Origin: Callorhinchus milii
Taxonomy: Eukaryota
Length of the DNA stretch: 64,000 nt
Reading direction: 5' to 3'
Assembly: GCF_018977255.1 (NCBI RefSeq)
Contig: NW_024704742.1
Coordinates: 79,734,001-79,798,000 of the forward strand
Shown: positions 26,687-39,634 of the stretch, in pieces
Layout of the letters: every line of letters starts with the position of its first letter
Numbering within the stretch: position 1 is the stretch's first letter
The notes under the pieces: model-generated
Told to the model about the DNA's origin: nothing
The model's database searches: none
Seen by the model: only the letters and a program-made list of their open reading frames with translations
Position numbers and translations under genes: made by a program

Positions 26687-26804
26687 CTTAAAAAACAACA
26701 CACATCTATTCAGTCTCTTAGTCACAAACAGGAGGTTAGATAAATAATGCTAATAAGAAGATAGAAAATGTTATTCTGATATTTAAATATAAGACAAGAA
26801 CCTA

Positions 26805-27110
26805 CATAGAAGTTATTTCCTCTGGTGAGAGAATCAAGAACAAGGAGGTATAATCTTAAAATTAGAGCTGAATCATTTAGAAGTGAAATCAGGAAACATT
26901 TTTTCACATAAAAGGTAATGGAAATCTGGAACTTTCTTCCCCAAAAGGCTGTGGATGCTGGATCCATTCACATTTTCAAGACTGAGATGGATATAATTTT
27001 GCTAGGTAAGGATATCTAGAGATATGGGACAAAGGCGGGTAATTAGAGTCGAGGTACAGATCAGCCGTGATCTAACAGCAAAGGGTCTGAATGACCTATC
27101 CTGTTCCTAT
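26805..27110 (+). mobile_element. CR1-clade LINE 3' fragment
   Basis: 'LFPLVRESRTRRYNLKI...RKHFFT.KVMEIWNFLPQKAVDA'. Confidence 0.85.
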
Positions 27111-27974
27111 AAACGGTGGATCAGTTAGTCTGCACTGGTGATGCAGAAAATGCTTGCCATCAATGTTCATCTCAAGAGCAGAGACACAATGAGGAGGAGT
27201 CAGTGTTGATTTATATTGATTATTACAGGAATTAAAGCTTCAACTTATGAGAAGAGATTCATGAAGTATAATTTATTTTCATTGCAAATATGAAGCCTGA
27301 TGAGTCATAATCCAAGATGTGAAAAACAGTTGATGCAGGTAAAAAAAAATTAAACTTTTAACTTTAAAATGTTCAATTTAACTCTTTAAGCTTTTAAGTT
27401 CTAGACATTTAACTTTCAAGACATACCTCTTTGACCGCAATCTCTCCTCTCCCTACCCCCATAGACTCCCACTCCCAGCTTGGGTGCCCAGACAGCAACG
27501 TTAAGTGCTTTGAGACATCCTCCTGACATGAAAGGCGCTATATGAACATAAATTGTTTTGCACTGTATTTAACTAAAAGTGAGTCACAAATGCAAACAGA
27601 ACAAGCTTCAAATAATGAAACAGAATAATTCTGTTTTCTTTGCTTTGAGTGTTGACTACACGGAAGAAATCCCTTGAAAATCCACTAAAATTGTGCCAAT
27701 TAACACCTTCATAAAGAATCTCGACAAGCATTTAATTAGTAATGGAGTATAAGTGAAGATTAAATGATGCTTCCTGTGCTACTGGAACCATGGAAATACC
27801 ATCTGTGGAAGCAACAACTCACTTGAATAGCAGAGATGTGATCTTGGAGTGTCTTACATCATGAAGATGAAATTGGAAGGTTTAAGGTTTGGGGACTAAG
27901 AGAATTTTTATGGAGCGCTTTTTCAAGTGATTCCATATATGGAGTACAGTCTAAGATGGGATATATTAGAATAG

Positions 27975-28380
27975 CTCTTGCATTTAATATAGCTTATCAG
28001 ATCATTGAGATGTCTCAAAGCATTTCACAGGATACACTGTAAAGTATTGTAATTGTGTGTATTTTGTGGGCGAACATGGCAGCCAACTTACACACAGCAA
28101 TGACCCACAAACAACCATGGAGTGAGTGACTAATTTTATGTTGGGGGATTGTTGGCCAGGACACAGTGAGAAACTCCCTTCTCTTTTCGAATGGTGCCAT
28201 GGGATCTTTACCATCCACCTGAACAGGCAGGCGAGACCTTATTTAATGTCTCATTCGAAGCATTACACCTCTAACTAATACCCCCGGCACTGCATTGGAG
28301 AGTCAGCATAGATTATATGGGTCCCAAATCTCGACGTCCTTCTGATTTAGAGGTAAGAGTGCTACTAACTGAGATTAACC
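27975..28380 (-). mobile_element. Older Deu-type SINE
   Basis: Reverse copy with core and tail. Confidence 0.72.
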
Positions 28381-31300
28381 TGTATATTATAATCTTGCTT
28401 GTGAAAAGAGACAAACTGGATTCCCACATTCTATGCTTTTTCTTTCTTATTTAACAAACCATTTTGAAACAGATTGAATCCCCTGAAGTTATTATTTCAC
28501 AACAGTGAAAATGTAGTTTAATGGCTTTCTGTTCAAGAGAAGCTTAATCATGGCTAGGTTAGCTGACTAAGACAGTTGAAATGAATGCTCTCCCCAGCCA
28601 AAAATGTAACATCTTGTGATTGGCCCAGAGGCTTCAAGTCTGGACAGCCTAATTGCTAAAAGATAATATTTTGATGTTCATCAGACTCTGGTCATTATTT
28701 TACTTAATATTGCATTCCCAAGATAGTTTAGGAGAGTTGAAATCCCCATTATCCTAGAACAGAAAATTAACTTTAAGCAATCCCGTGAACTAGTGGGTTA
28801 TTATTTGTGGACTTTGATAACATTTGAGTCAGTCTGATACATGAAGGCTTTATAAATGCATATGGTAGCAACTAAAATCACTACAGCACCATTCTTCAGT
28901 GTCACTTTGTCTCAACAAAGAGTGACAGGCTTAAGGAGTTTGCCTAAGGATTGATATAGTGTGATCAATTTGCCCATTATGAACTTCACTGCATTAGTGT
29001 GCTCACAGCAGCAAAGCAGATCTAGAGTGACCATAAATAAGTAAAACCCTTGGTGAAGGAAAACAGTAGCAACCTTAAAGCCTATTTTCAGATTTATCAG
29101 CAGGAAGGCACTTTAAACGATCGTGCACTATGCCCTGTTCAGAGCTCAAGCAGAATAAAAGCAATCTTTAATATAATTTACTCAAGCTCCATGTGTTCTA
29201 CCGTAAATCTGTGCAGCAACTAAAGACACGTCATCCTGTTGTCTCTGTGAATGAGACTTCAAATAGGTGCCACACTGTCAGTAATGACACAGTGTGGTTT
29301 CTGTCCTAATGCATTTTACTTAGACTCTTAAAAGATAGCAAAACTATCAGCCCTTAAATCTGGGCAGGATTCAGACTTATCGGCAGAAAGCCACTTCAGC
29401 AGTATTTCCTGTTCAGAGTTTAAGCAGAATAAAAAGCAAATTTGTTGCTGTTCACTCGAGCTTTGTGTATTCTACTTGTCCAGCTAGGACCACCCTATCC
29501 ATTAGGACTTTGCCTTGCAGGATTAACAGGAGCTGAATGGAAAAAATCCCTATCCCCAATGGTCTGCCCCTTCTTGTCCTCCTGGTTTGTTATCAGCAGT
29601 GGCATGGAGCACTGCAGACCTGCCTGCCTCAGGATCTGACTACTGAGACTGGGGAAAGACCTAATAAAAGTTTTGAAAACTTCTTGTCTCTCCTGTTCAC
29701 CATATCCTCCCTCCTGTTCCACAGGCTTAATATCATCAATTTTATATTTTGATAAATAGTAATAATAAATAATCCTTGCATTTGATATAGCGCTTTTCAG
29801 ATATCTTCCAGATATCTCAAAGCGCTTCACAGAATAGACTGTAAAGTGAATTGACTACATATTTGAGGGCAAAATCCTGATAGAATAGGATACAGGCCCT
29901 GCAAAATAGTTGTTTCTTCATCGATACAGAGGATTAGTAAAACACTGCTTCAGATTTGATATAGGAATATACAAGGGCAGACTTGGATTTTGGACTGAGA
30001 TCTGTGTAGTACATGAACAACAACTGGGTTACAATGTTTTACATGGCTATAAAGCGTGGAGGGCGAAGTCATAAACTGCAGCTTCTCAGCTGCAGCAAAA
30101 CTGACAAGATATCAACTGGGGCTTTCTACATTTCCTATCTTATGAGTGATTACAATGCTGGCAATCTTCCAGTACTGTGCAACACACTGCTGTCTGCACC
30201 GCTGTGGACATCTTCTTAATTTTTTGGAAGAAGATGTCACACAACAGGATTTGTGATGCAGATTCACATCACTAAGACATAATGCTGAGCCCTCTGTACT
30301 GAGCACCAGAGAGGCAGGCCATGGTGCTATTATCTGCCACCCTCTTAAAACAGATTAGGGAGATGTCAGATTAGGGATACACGGAGATTCCAGTGCCTCC
30401 CCACAGGGACAGGAAGGAAACAGGAGCACGGATATAACTCCAAACAAGCACACTTTCCGTACATGCTTTTTAATTAAAGAGAAAAAAATCAGAAGTAAAG
30501 AGCTAATGAAAATAAGCCAACACAATGCTGAAAATTCCATCAGCTCTTACCCAGCAGACAGCTGCCAATGATTTATTTTTAATATATCACTGCTAAAGTG
30601 TAATGTATTTCATTAATAGCACATTAAATGGTCTTCTGCTTGAAAGTCTTGAAGTTAATATACAGTTTGTATTAAATATCCATCTCTTTTAAGCAGACAG
30701 ATGAGAGTGCAGTCTAGATTTGCTAAGATTTTACCAAGGGTGAGAGGATTCTCTTACACTGTTGAGCATGAACACTTATCCGTGCCTCTGTTACCTCCCT
30801 TAGACTGTTCTATTGCACACCTCACTGGTGTCTCCAGCTCCATTATTCATAAGCTTCAGCTCATCTATAACTCTGCCATCCACGTCCTCACTTACACCAG
30901 ACTCTGTGTCCATCAATCCAGTATACTCAACAGTTCCCACTGGCTCCTTATCTCCCCCACTGTACCAGCATTAAATTCTCCATATCAATCTTATGGCCAA
31001 ATTCTGAATGAGACAAGTTTTGCGGCAAAGCAATGTCACATTCTCAGCTGTGAACTGTATAGGCAGTCCCCATCATAAAGCAACTCATTATAGGGACGTC
31101 ATCAGGCGTGAAAGGTGCTATACAAGGCAAGTGTAATGATGACAAGTATGAGGATTTTGGCAACCTGAGGGGTGAGGCAATGACAGAGTCGGCCAATGTT
31201 GCAGAAGTGGGGGAAGGCAGAGTGGAACATGGCATCGATGTGGGGGAGGAAGGACAGTTGAGGGTCGAACTTTATCTGGGCAGATAAAGTGGGGCAAACG

Positions 31301-31635
31301 ACAGACTAGCCTTGTCACTCAGTTTTGGTCGCACTCTTGAATTGGGGCTCCCTCACTGTACCCCAGGCAGGGTGAGCCGACTCCAGGATTGGGCAGGCTC
31401 CCTTGGGATAGCATACATAAGCAGCACATAGGAAGTGATGGCAGTGACACTTCTTATGCATAGTATACATCACATGGCATCAGCAGTGACCTTAGACTTG
31501 GAAGCACAAATTAGCAGCCCTTACTTGGCATGTCCAGTTATAGGTTTACGGGTCCATTCTTCGGCATTATAAGGGGCTAGTCTGGGATAATGTACCTATT
31601 ATTCTTGGAGTGGCAAAATATTTTATGGCACTCAC

Positions 31636-31851
31636 CTTACATGGGCATTGTCCACTGAAAGGATCACAAATATCGCTTTGGCTCCCAGCTGGATCGCAGC
31701 CACAGTCAACACATCCGTCCACAGAGAAGTGCTTGAATCCTGGAGCACAACGGTTGCACATTCTCCCTGCTACGTTAGGCACACACTCACAGGCACCGCT
31801 CACCACATCGCACTGGCTAAACAGGGATCCAGTGGCATTACACAAACATTC
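31636..31851 (-). CDS. Exon 14, LE: ECLCNATGSL...CDPFSGQCPCK
   Basis: cttttgcag acceptor, AAG|GTGAGT donor, 216 nt, phase 0->0. Confidence 0.95.
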
Positions 31852-31989
31852 CTGCAAAAGAATGAAGAATTACATTGAGACGGAATACATTTTTTATTTT
31901 TTCCCCACCATTGCACATTTCTGCCCTTCTCACCATCTCTCATTAAAGCTTATGCTGGGGTGCTGCTTGTCCAGGGCTTCATCAAATAT

Positions 31990-32880
31990 CAACAACAAAT
32001 TACATTTGTATTGTGCCTTTCATGTCGGAAGAACGTCCCAAGATGTTGAACAGTCAGGGATTTGGACCCAATCAGGGAGTTGAGACTAGGAGGGGTGGGG
32101 GGCAGGGTTGGGAAGAGGAAGGGTGGCTGAAGGAGTGGTCACAGAGGAGGTTCTTGAGACATGCCTTGAAGGAGACAAGAGAGGGAGATGAGGTGAAGGG
32201 ACTGTGGGATGGAGTTTCAAAGGATGGGGGCAGAAAAGATGAAGACCCGACCACTGATGGGACATGGATTAGGCTGATTGATATGGGATTATCATGTCAC
32301 AGAGATAGAAAGGTGCAAGGCTGTGGAGGACATTTAAGGTGAGGACAAGGGTTTTGAATATCTTCTGGGGGATGGGAAACCAGTGGAGCCGAGCAACGGT
32401 GGAGGTGATGGAGTCATGGAGCCTGGTGCATGAGAGACACAAGCTGCAGAGTTCTGGATGATCTACATCTTGTGGAAGGAAGAGTTGGGAAGGCCGACAA
32501 GTGGGGAGTTGGCATAGTTGAACTAGATGTAATAAATGAATGCATGAGGTTTTTGGTAGCCTGAGGGGAAAGGGATTGGCAGAGTCAGGTGATGTTGTGA
32601 AGGTGGGGGAAAGGCAGAGCAGATTGACAACAACAACAACAAAATTACATTTATAGAGCGCCTTTCACGTCGGAAGGACGTCCCAAGGTGCTGATATGGC
32701 ACGGATGTGGGGTAGAAAGGACAGTTGAGGGTCAAACAAAATGCTAAGGTTCCAGACTGGCTCAGTGAGGTGGAGTGTGCATCCATGTACGGTGATGCTG
32801 CCAATCAGGAGGACCTCGGTCTTGTTGAAGTTCAACTGGAGAAATTTATGACTAAAGTGACTATCGTTCATGTTCGTAAG
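31990..32880 (-). mobile_element. L2-clade LINE fragment containing a nested ~65-bp L2 tail insertion
   Basis: 'FLQLNFNKTEVLLIG' and C-terminal motifs; second tail at about 32628-32693. Confidence 0.85.
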
Positions 32881-33287
32881 AGCCTAGACACCGTTGAGAA
32901 ATATCACATCAAATGCCATATACCCTTCCTCTAGGAAATACTCCAAATAGCTCTACTCTTACCTCTCCCCCGATAAATGACTCCATACTCTGACAACCTA
33001 CTGGGCAAAGGCTGCTCTCAACCTCTCGTTTCACTCCCCCAGTTACATCTTAACTTTGTGCCTTATTGTCCTCAAATGCACAACAAAGGAAAGGATTTTT
33101 TTTCAATTCATTCTTTCAATTCCTTTCATTATCTTGAAACACCTCTTCCACATCCCCCTCAATGAAGATTGAGATCAAATGGGCTGATCCATACCTGATC
33201 TTGTAATCCCTGTCTACTGCAATGGAAAGAGTCTTAACCTCTCTAGCCTCTCCTCATACTTTTATCCTTTCATTACCAATATTACCA

Positions 33288-33770
33288 CACCAGGCTTTGT
33301 GACCACATCACTCCCACCCTCGCTCGCCTCCACTGGCTTCCCACCCCCCAGAGGATCGAATTCAAGATCCTCATCCTCACCTACAAAGCCATTCACGGCC
33401 TTGCTCCCTCCTACCTCTCCGACCTACTATCCCCCTACCCTCCGTTCCTCTGGCTCCGGTCTGCTCCACATCCCCCGCCCCAACCGCCCTACCGTCGGTG
33501 GCCGGGCCTTCAGCCTCTCAGCCCCTAGGCTCTGGAATTCCATTCCCCAGTGCCTTCGCCTTGCTTCCTCCCTTTCCTCCTTCAAGCCCGGTCTCAAGAC
33601 CTTTCTCTTTGACTGTGCCTTCAGCTCCCCACTCGACTCTATACCCCCTCCTCGCTCCCTCCCTTCCCTCCCCCTGACCATTTCCCCCCTGCTTGGGTCC
33701 TGACCCAACTGTCCAGCGCCTTGGGACGTCCTCCCGACATGAAAGGCGCTCTATAAATTGAATCATATTG
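33288..33770 (+). mobile_element. L2-clade LINE 3' fragment
   Basis: 'VGGRAFSLSAPRLWNSIP...LKTFLFDCAF'. Confidence 0.9.
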
Positions 33771-34065
33771 CTGTATTCGCATGAACATCTACAATACACT
33801 TTTAAAATCTCCAGTATCTTTTCTATAACACAGTGCCCAAAACTGCACAGAATATTCCAATGGTGATCCAAACAATGTCTTACAAAGATTCATTAACACT
33901 TCCTTACTTTTCTATTCAATTACTCTGAATATAAAATCTATTAAATTGGTTTGAAAACATTGCAATTTTCACCCCTCTCCCCACATTGCTTTTATTGGAA
34001 TATTGCTTGATACACTTCAATACGTGAAAAATTGTAACACTGGCATTGTGAATAATTTTACCCAC

Positions 34066-34202
34066 CAGACATCCAGCAGCTGCGTCATATCTCCATGTAT
34101 CCGAAATGCATTGGTCACATTTCTGTCCATTCACATTTGACAGACAGTCACACTGTCCAGACAAGGCATGACACATCTTGTTTACTCCTGTGCAGTTGCA
34201 AA
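34066..34202 (-). CDS. Exon 13, LE: (F)CNCTGVNKMCHALSGQCDC...YDAAAGCL
   Basis: 137 nt, phase 1->0, GTGGGT donor. Confidence 0.93.
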
Positions 34203-34461
34203 CTGCAATGATGCAAAGAAAAGTAAAAAAGTACACAATGACACAAATACCACCTGTAATTTCTTAACCCTAAAATTTGTGCTGATTCAGATCTGCTCAT
34301 GCGGTTGTTTCTAGGCAATAATTTCGGATGTACAAAGTCAGTAAAATAACTAGGTACAGGTTTAGTATTATTTGCAAATACTGAAAGTCCCTTAATCCAG
34401 TATGTTTGAATTTATATCTAGATTTCTGCCAAAATACTCAACAGAATATTCTCTGGAATTA

Positions 34462-34615
34462 GTCAGGCAGGGTGCATCCCTCTTGGGAGAGAGTGTGCAT
34501 GCCATTCCATTCACGTGAATGTCCATGTGTAAGTAGCTTATACGGAACTCTCAGTTTGGTTTGGATGCTCTTAAATATGTGATGGGTTTCCAGTTGTGTC
34601 AGACACCTGCCTGAC
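34462..34615. repeat. MITE-like dispersed repeat (second degenerate copy at about 5035-5182)
   Basis: Ends GTCAGGCAGG..CCTGCCTGAC; internal 'ggaactc.cagtttggtttggat.ctcttaa' is shared with the 5 kb copy. Confidence 0.55.
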
Positions 34616-34783
34616 CAAAACAAAGACTGCCGAAGCTCTGGACAATTTTGAATGGCAGAGTAGAGCAGTAAGTCATGACTTAAGATGTAACCATGAATGA
34701 TGTCTTTACATATAAGCAGGAGCCTGTCTGCTTGACAACCGTGAATATTCATAGAATTAAGTGCTTCTCAAAGTTACACTTAC

Positions 34784-35001
34784 AAGTGCAGCCGCTGTTG
34801 GAGAAGTTGTAATGCTGTAGGAAACATGTATCACAGTGCTGGCCACCCACACTTGGCTTGCAGTTACATCTCCCACCATATTCCTCACACCTCGAAGAAA
34901 TGCTTCCGACTGGACTACATTCACAAGGGAAAGCCCCGTCCAGGAAAGACAATACCAATGTGAACAGGTACTTTTGACAAATTGGATCCGGGGGCCAGTA
35001 C
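34784..35001 (-). CDS. Exon 12, LF end + LE: (G)YWPPDPICQKYLFTLVLSFLDGAFPCECSPVGS...NFSNSGCT
   Basis: cctttgcag acceptor, GTAAGT donor, 218 nt, phase 2->1. Confidence 0.94.
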
Positions 35002-36062
35002 CTGCAAAGGATGATTGTAAACAAATATATATTTAAAACAAAATCTACATTGAGCTCATAGTCCAAGCTAACTCTGCAGTACAGTATTACGTTAGACAAA
35101 GTCATGTCTGCCTGATCAGGTAGATGTTAACAATCCCATAGTACAATTTGAAAAGAAAGGGAATTTTCTACCATTGGCCTGGCCAACATTCCTCAAGATA
35201 AATTGATTATTTACCTCTTGGCTATCTGTGGGACCATGTTGTATACAAACAGGCTGCTGTGTTCACCAAAAGCAATAGACCTAACAATAATTATTGTAAA
35301 ACACTTTTGACCTATAAGGCGCTATAAAAACTGCAAGTTCCTTTATAGGTGTGTGTGTATGGACCCACACTTAAAAGAAGCTCATAAGGAATAAAACAGA
35401 AAAATGTTGATAAAATATGGCAAATTATATTTTGGCGGGAAACCAAAGCCTTGGGATACTTGACAGAATTGTATCGAGTGATATCACATAGAAACAGTCT
35501 ATTTGGCTCACCTGGTCCCCGCCAGCGTTTATAATCCACACAAGCCTCCACCGCTCCTATTCCCCTCTCCTATTTATCCCTCTCTTCCTCATTTATGATT
35601 TTATAATTTTTCTTTTAAGCACATTAAAATTCCAGAATGAAACATATAATGCGAATGCTTTCTATTTCCTCATGGAATTGTATGATCCTGGCATTTGTTA
35701 TGGACTTTCCTGACATTATTATAGACACACTAAGTTAAACGAAACAAGTGATAATTGCAAAGATTATTGCAGTCACTATGTATTCAAACTTATACAGGAA
35801 TTGCACGTTGTGAGATAAATTGCATGCTAATTGTTGGCACCAAGACAACTGTTTAAAAAACAAGCAGAATTATCAATGTTAATAGATTTGATCTCTCCTA
35901 TTTCAATTGAGTTTTCTATTAGTGCTTCAATGTTGGCTGCATCTGGCAGGATTGGTAACGGATTTGACAATATTGTATACCAGAAACCACTATTGTATTT
36001 GGGAGATGTGCTTCTAAACTCAAAAATAAGCTGGTGCATCAACTGTCTACAAGTATGTTAGG

Positions 36063-36790
36063 TATCAGCCTGCCTCAGTTGGTGCACTCTCGTCTCTGAG
36101 GCAGAAGGATTCGAGTCCAAGCCCCATTTCCACATGTGTCAGAACAAGGTTGACACTTGAATATAGTGTTGGGAGTTTGCTGCATGTTTAGAGAAGCTGT
36201 CCTTCAGATGAACTCTTTCAAGCTTCATCTCAAGTCCTTTCTCTTTGACTGTGCTTTCAGTCATTTTTCCCCTCCCAACCCCTTTCAGCACCACCTCCAG
36301 CTCAGGTTCCAAGGCAGGACTGTCAAATGCCTTAGGACGTGCTCCCAAAGTCAAAGGCGCTATAACATGTCAATTTGTATTGTATTTGTATGAAATGTTA
36401 AACCGAGGTCCTGTCTGCCTCTTCCGGCAGATGTTAAGGATTGCATGGCACTATTCAAAAAGAGAAGGGAGTTTCCCTCTCCCAGTGCCCCTGTCCAACA
36501 ATCCCCCAAAATAAAACTGGACATTCACTTCATTGCTGCTTGTGGGACAATTTTGTATGCAAATATATGTACCACAAGCAGCCATGCTGCATTCAGCTAT
36601 GAATACACAGAAGATTATTGCAGTCACTAAGCATGAAAATTATACAGGATTTGAATGTTGTGAAATAAATTGCACAATAAATATTGAAGAGAAACACTTG
36701 GCACCAAGACACCTCACAGTACATCATGTGAAGCCCTTTGAGATGTTCTCCTAACATAAAAGGCACTCTATCAAATGCAAGTATTATTAT
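36063..36790 (+). mobile_element. Older Deu-type SINE interrupted by an L2 3' fragment
   Basis: SINE head and core split at about 36212-36390 by an L2 tail, then the core resumes. Confidence 0.65.
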
Positions 36791-37139
36791 GTTCAAATGT
36801 TACAAAATGACTAATGGGATTGAAAAAGGGGAGGGGGAATTAAAAAATAATCTTACAGTTACTCTTCAATAAGCACATGTAGGATTTCTCCAATTGCATT
36901 CTATACTTTCTACAGTAAAGTAAAGCTGCAGGATATTTAATATTCTCCTGAATCATCAGCACCAAAGGGAAAAATGGAAAACCCTTTAGCACACTTTTGA
37001 AAATTATGAATCAAATCTTGTGAAAATAAGTCATAATGAAACATTGTTTTGTTTATCATGACAGATTTTTTAAATATCTAAAGACTGACATCTAAAAAAG
37101 AACAAACTACAGAGGTATGGGGAAAGGGCAGGCAATTGG

Positions 37140-38450
37140 CTGAAAGGGTGTCTCTATTCTCAGTCCTCTCCTCTTTAATATCTACACGCTCCCACTCAAT
37201 GATGTCATCCACAAGCACGTGGGGTTAACTTCCATATGTATGTAGATAACACCCAACTCTATCTCCCTGCCTCCACCCTCGATTCCAAGAATATTGCTGT
37301 CCTGACCGATTGCCAAGTCCTAGATGAGAGCTAACTTTCTCCAGTTGAATGTCGAGCAGAGGCTCTTCTGCTTAGCGCCCATTAGTGTCTTCTCATCTCA
37401 GGCGTTGACAGCCTCACTATTCATGGATACAAGCTCCACCTCACCGAGCCAATACAGAAGTTTGGTGTTCACCTCTCAACTGTCCTTCAAACTCCACATC
37501 TGTGCCTTGACCCCACCTCTGCAATATTAGCCCCCTTTGCCACGACCTCACACCGGGAGCCACTGAAAATCTTATCTATGTATTCATCTGATCCAAGCTA
37601 GCCTATGCCAACTCTCTGCTCACTTTAATTCCCAACTCTTCTCTCCAACTCAGCAGCTCATGGCTTCTCCATACTAGGCTCCATGGGACAATCGCCCCAT
37701 CCTCACCCGGTTCACTGGCTCCTCATTCGCTAGAAGAATGAGTTCAAGATCCTCATCCTCAATTTTAAATCCCTCCCCAATCTTGCACCAGCCTGTTCTG
37801 TGACGTTTAAAAACCCTACCAACATGCCCACTCCCTGCACTCACTCGGCAGGCAATGGCCAGCTTCATGAGCCCAATCATCGACGTTTGGGCCTTCGGCC
37901 TTTCTGCGTCTACTCTCAGGAACTCCTCAGTGGTTAGAGCACTCGCCTCGCAAGCGAGAGACCTGGGTTTGATTCCTGGCAGTGCAATATCTTGGGCAAG
38001 TTTCCTTACTCCAAACGCCTGATAATAATTCTTCAAGAAAAAAAAATAATAGATTGGTCACTTCAATCCACGACTGTTTGTGGGACACTGCTGTGCTCAA
38101 TTGGCTGCCTTGTTTCGCCCACAACTACACAGTCAATTCACTTTAAATATATCTTGTGAAGCACTTTGAGACATCCAGAAGACGTGAAAAGCACTATATC
38201 AAATGCAAGTATTATTATTGTTATTATCCAGGAATGCTTTCAACCTGGCCCCTCCCTCACCTCCCCCTCAAGGCCCGTCTCAAGACGTTCCTCCTTGACT
38301 GCACCTTCAATCATCTTCCCCCACTACATAGGTCCAACTGGTCCTGAATCCAACCCCCAGCCTGGGTGCAAATCTTTGATTATCCAGTGGCTTGGAATAT
38401 CCTCCTGACCTGAAATGAGTTACATAAATGTAATTTATTATTGTTGTTGA
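37140..38450 (+). mobile_element. Old L2-clade LINE fragment (RT to 3' end), SINE-interrupted
   Basis: Degenerate 'FHMYVDNTQLY' and 'MRANFLQLN'. Confidence 0.82.
37926..38227 (+). mobile_element. tRNA-Ala-headed SINE inserted into an L2 fragment
   Basis: Slightly 5'-truncated head; CAGGAA on both flanks. Confidence 0.88.
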
Positions 38451-38638
38451 AAGGACTGCTCTTTCAAAGATGGAGCACAGACACTTTGAGCCAAATGGCT
38501 TTCTTCTCTTCTGTAAATTTCTATAGTTTTATTTTCACAAAGCTGCAAAAGTATATGAAGCACACATATAGATTAAAGTGATGATTTTCTTCGAAAATAA
38601 TAATAGATGTGTTTCTATTGTAACAATGACATACATAC

Positions 38639-38742
38639 CCCCAGCGTTCAGACGGAAAGCTGCATTTACTCATGTACGTGATAGTGTCTTGTTCTTCAAG
38701 AATTCCAATAGGATAAATAAACTCTGACGGAATGGCAACTAC
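38639..38742 (-). CDS. Exon 11, LF: VVAIPSEFIYPIGILEEQDTITYMSKCSFPSERW
   Basis: aatttttag acceptor, GTATGT donor, 104 nt, phase 0->2; completes the 'LLD.VV.IP' motif across the junction. Confidence 0.88.
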
Positions 38743-38949
38743 CTAAAAATTACAGACATGGAGAGAAAAGTTTTACCAGGTCATCAAATTCTTAAACATT
38801 ATTTACTGCTGTTTGGAAGGATGTGCAACCAAACTCCAACACTCGCCAGTAATAGCTTCATACAGTTTGTGGAGGCTGTCAGGACATATTTAGTGGAGCA
38901 ATTATATATTCAAATAGATATAACTATTAAAATACCAAGTTACATTTGT

Positions 38950-39470
38950 CAGTGATTTGGATATGAGCTGGGGGTCAGGATCGGGGAGGGTGGAGGGCCT
39001 GGAGGGTAAGGAGGGTGGCTGAAGGCTCGGTCAAAAAGGAGGGTTTTGAGGTGTGCCTTGAAGGAGGAAAGGGAGGGAGCGAGGTGAAAGATATGTGGGA
39101 TGGAGTTCCAGAGAGTGGAGCAGAAATGCTGAAAGCCTGATCGATGATGGTGGAGCACGCCGAGTGGGGGATGTGGAGCAGGCCACAGCCTGCGGAGTGA
39201 AGGGAGTGGACAGGTTGATATGGGGTCAGCAGATTGCAGAGATATGGAGCAGACAAAGCCATGGAAGGCCTTGAAGGTGAGGATGAGGATTTTCAACTCG
39301 ATCCTCTGAGGGATGGGGAGCCAGTGGAGCCAGGTGAGGGTGGGTGTGATGGGGAATGGAGCCTGGTGTGGGAGAGGATACGAGTTGCAGAATTCTGGAT
39401 GATCTGCCGCTTGTGGAGGGAGTTGAAGGCCGACAGCAGGGAGTTGCGTAGTCAAGCCTAGGTGTGATGA
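38950..39470 (-). mobile_element. L2-clade LINE 3' fragment
   Basis: 'LHWLPIPQRIELKILILTFKAFHG'. Confidence 0.9.
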
Positions 39471-39634
39471 ATTGTTGCCCCAATTTATGACTCATAGTAA
39501 CATAAGAACAGGAGTAAGATATTCAGCCCCTCAAGCCTGTTTTGCCATCCTATTACATAATGGCTGATCTTTGCCTCTACTCCAATTTCTTGGCTTGTAT
39601 CCCTTGATAACCTTACCTAACAAAAATCTATTAA

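Noticed and set aside
35827..36061. Overlapping ORFs on both strands as a possible missing LF exon
   Set aside because: No recognisable motif or donor; the flanking exons already join in phase.
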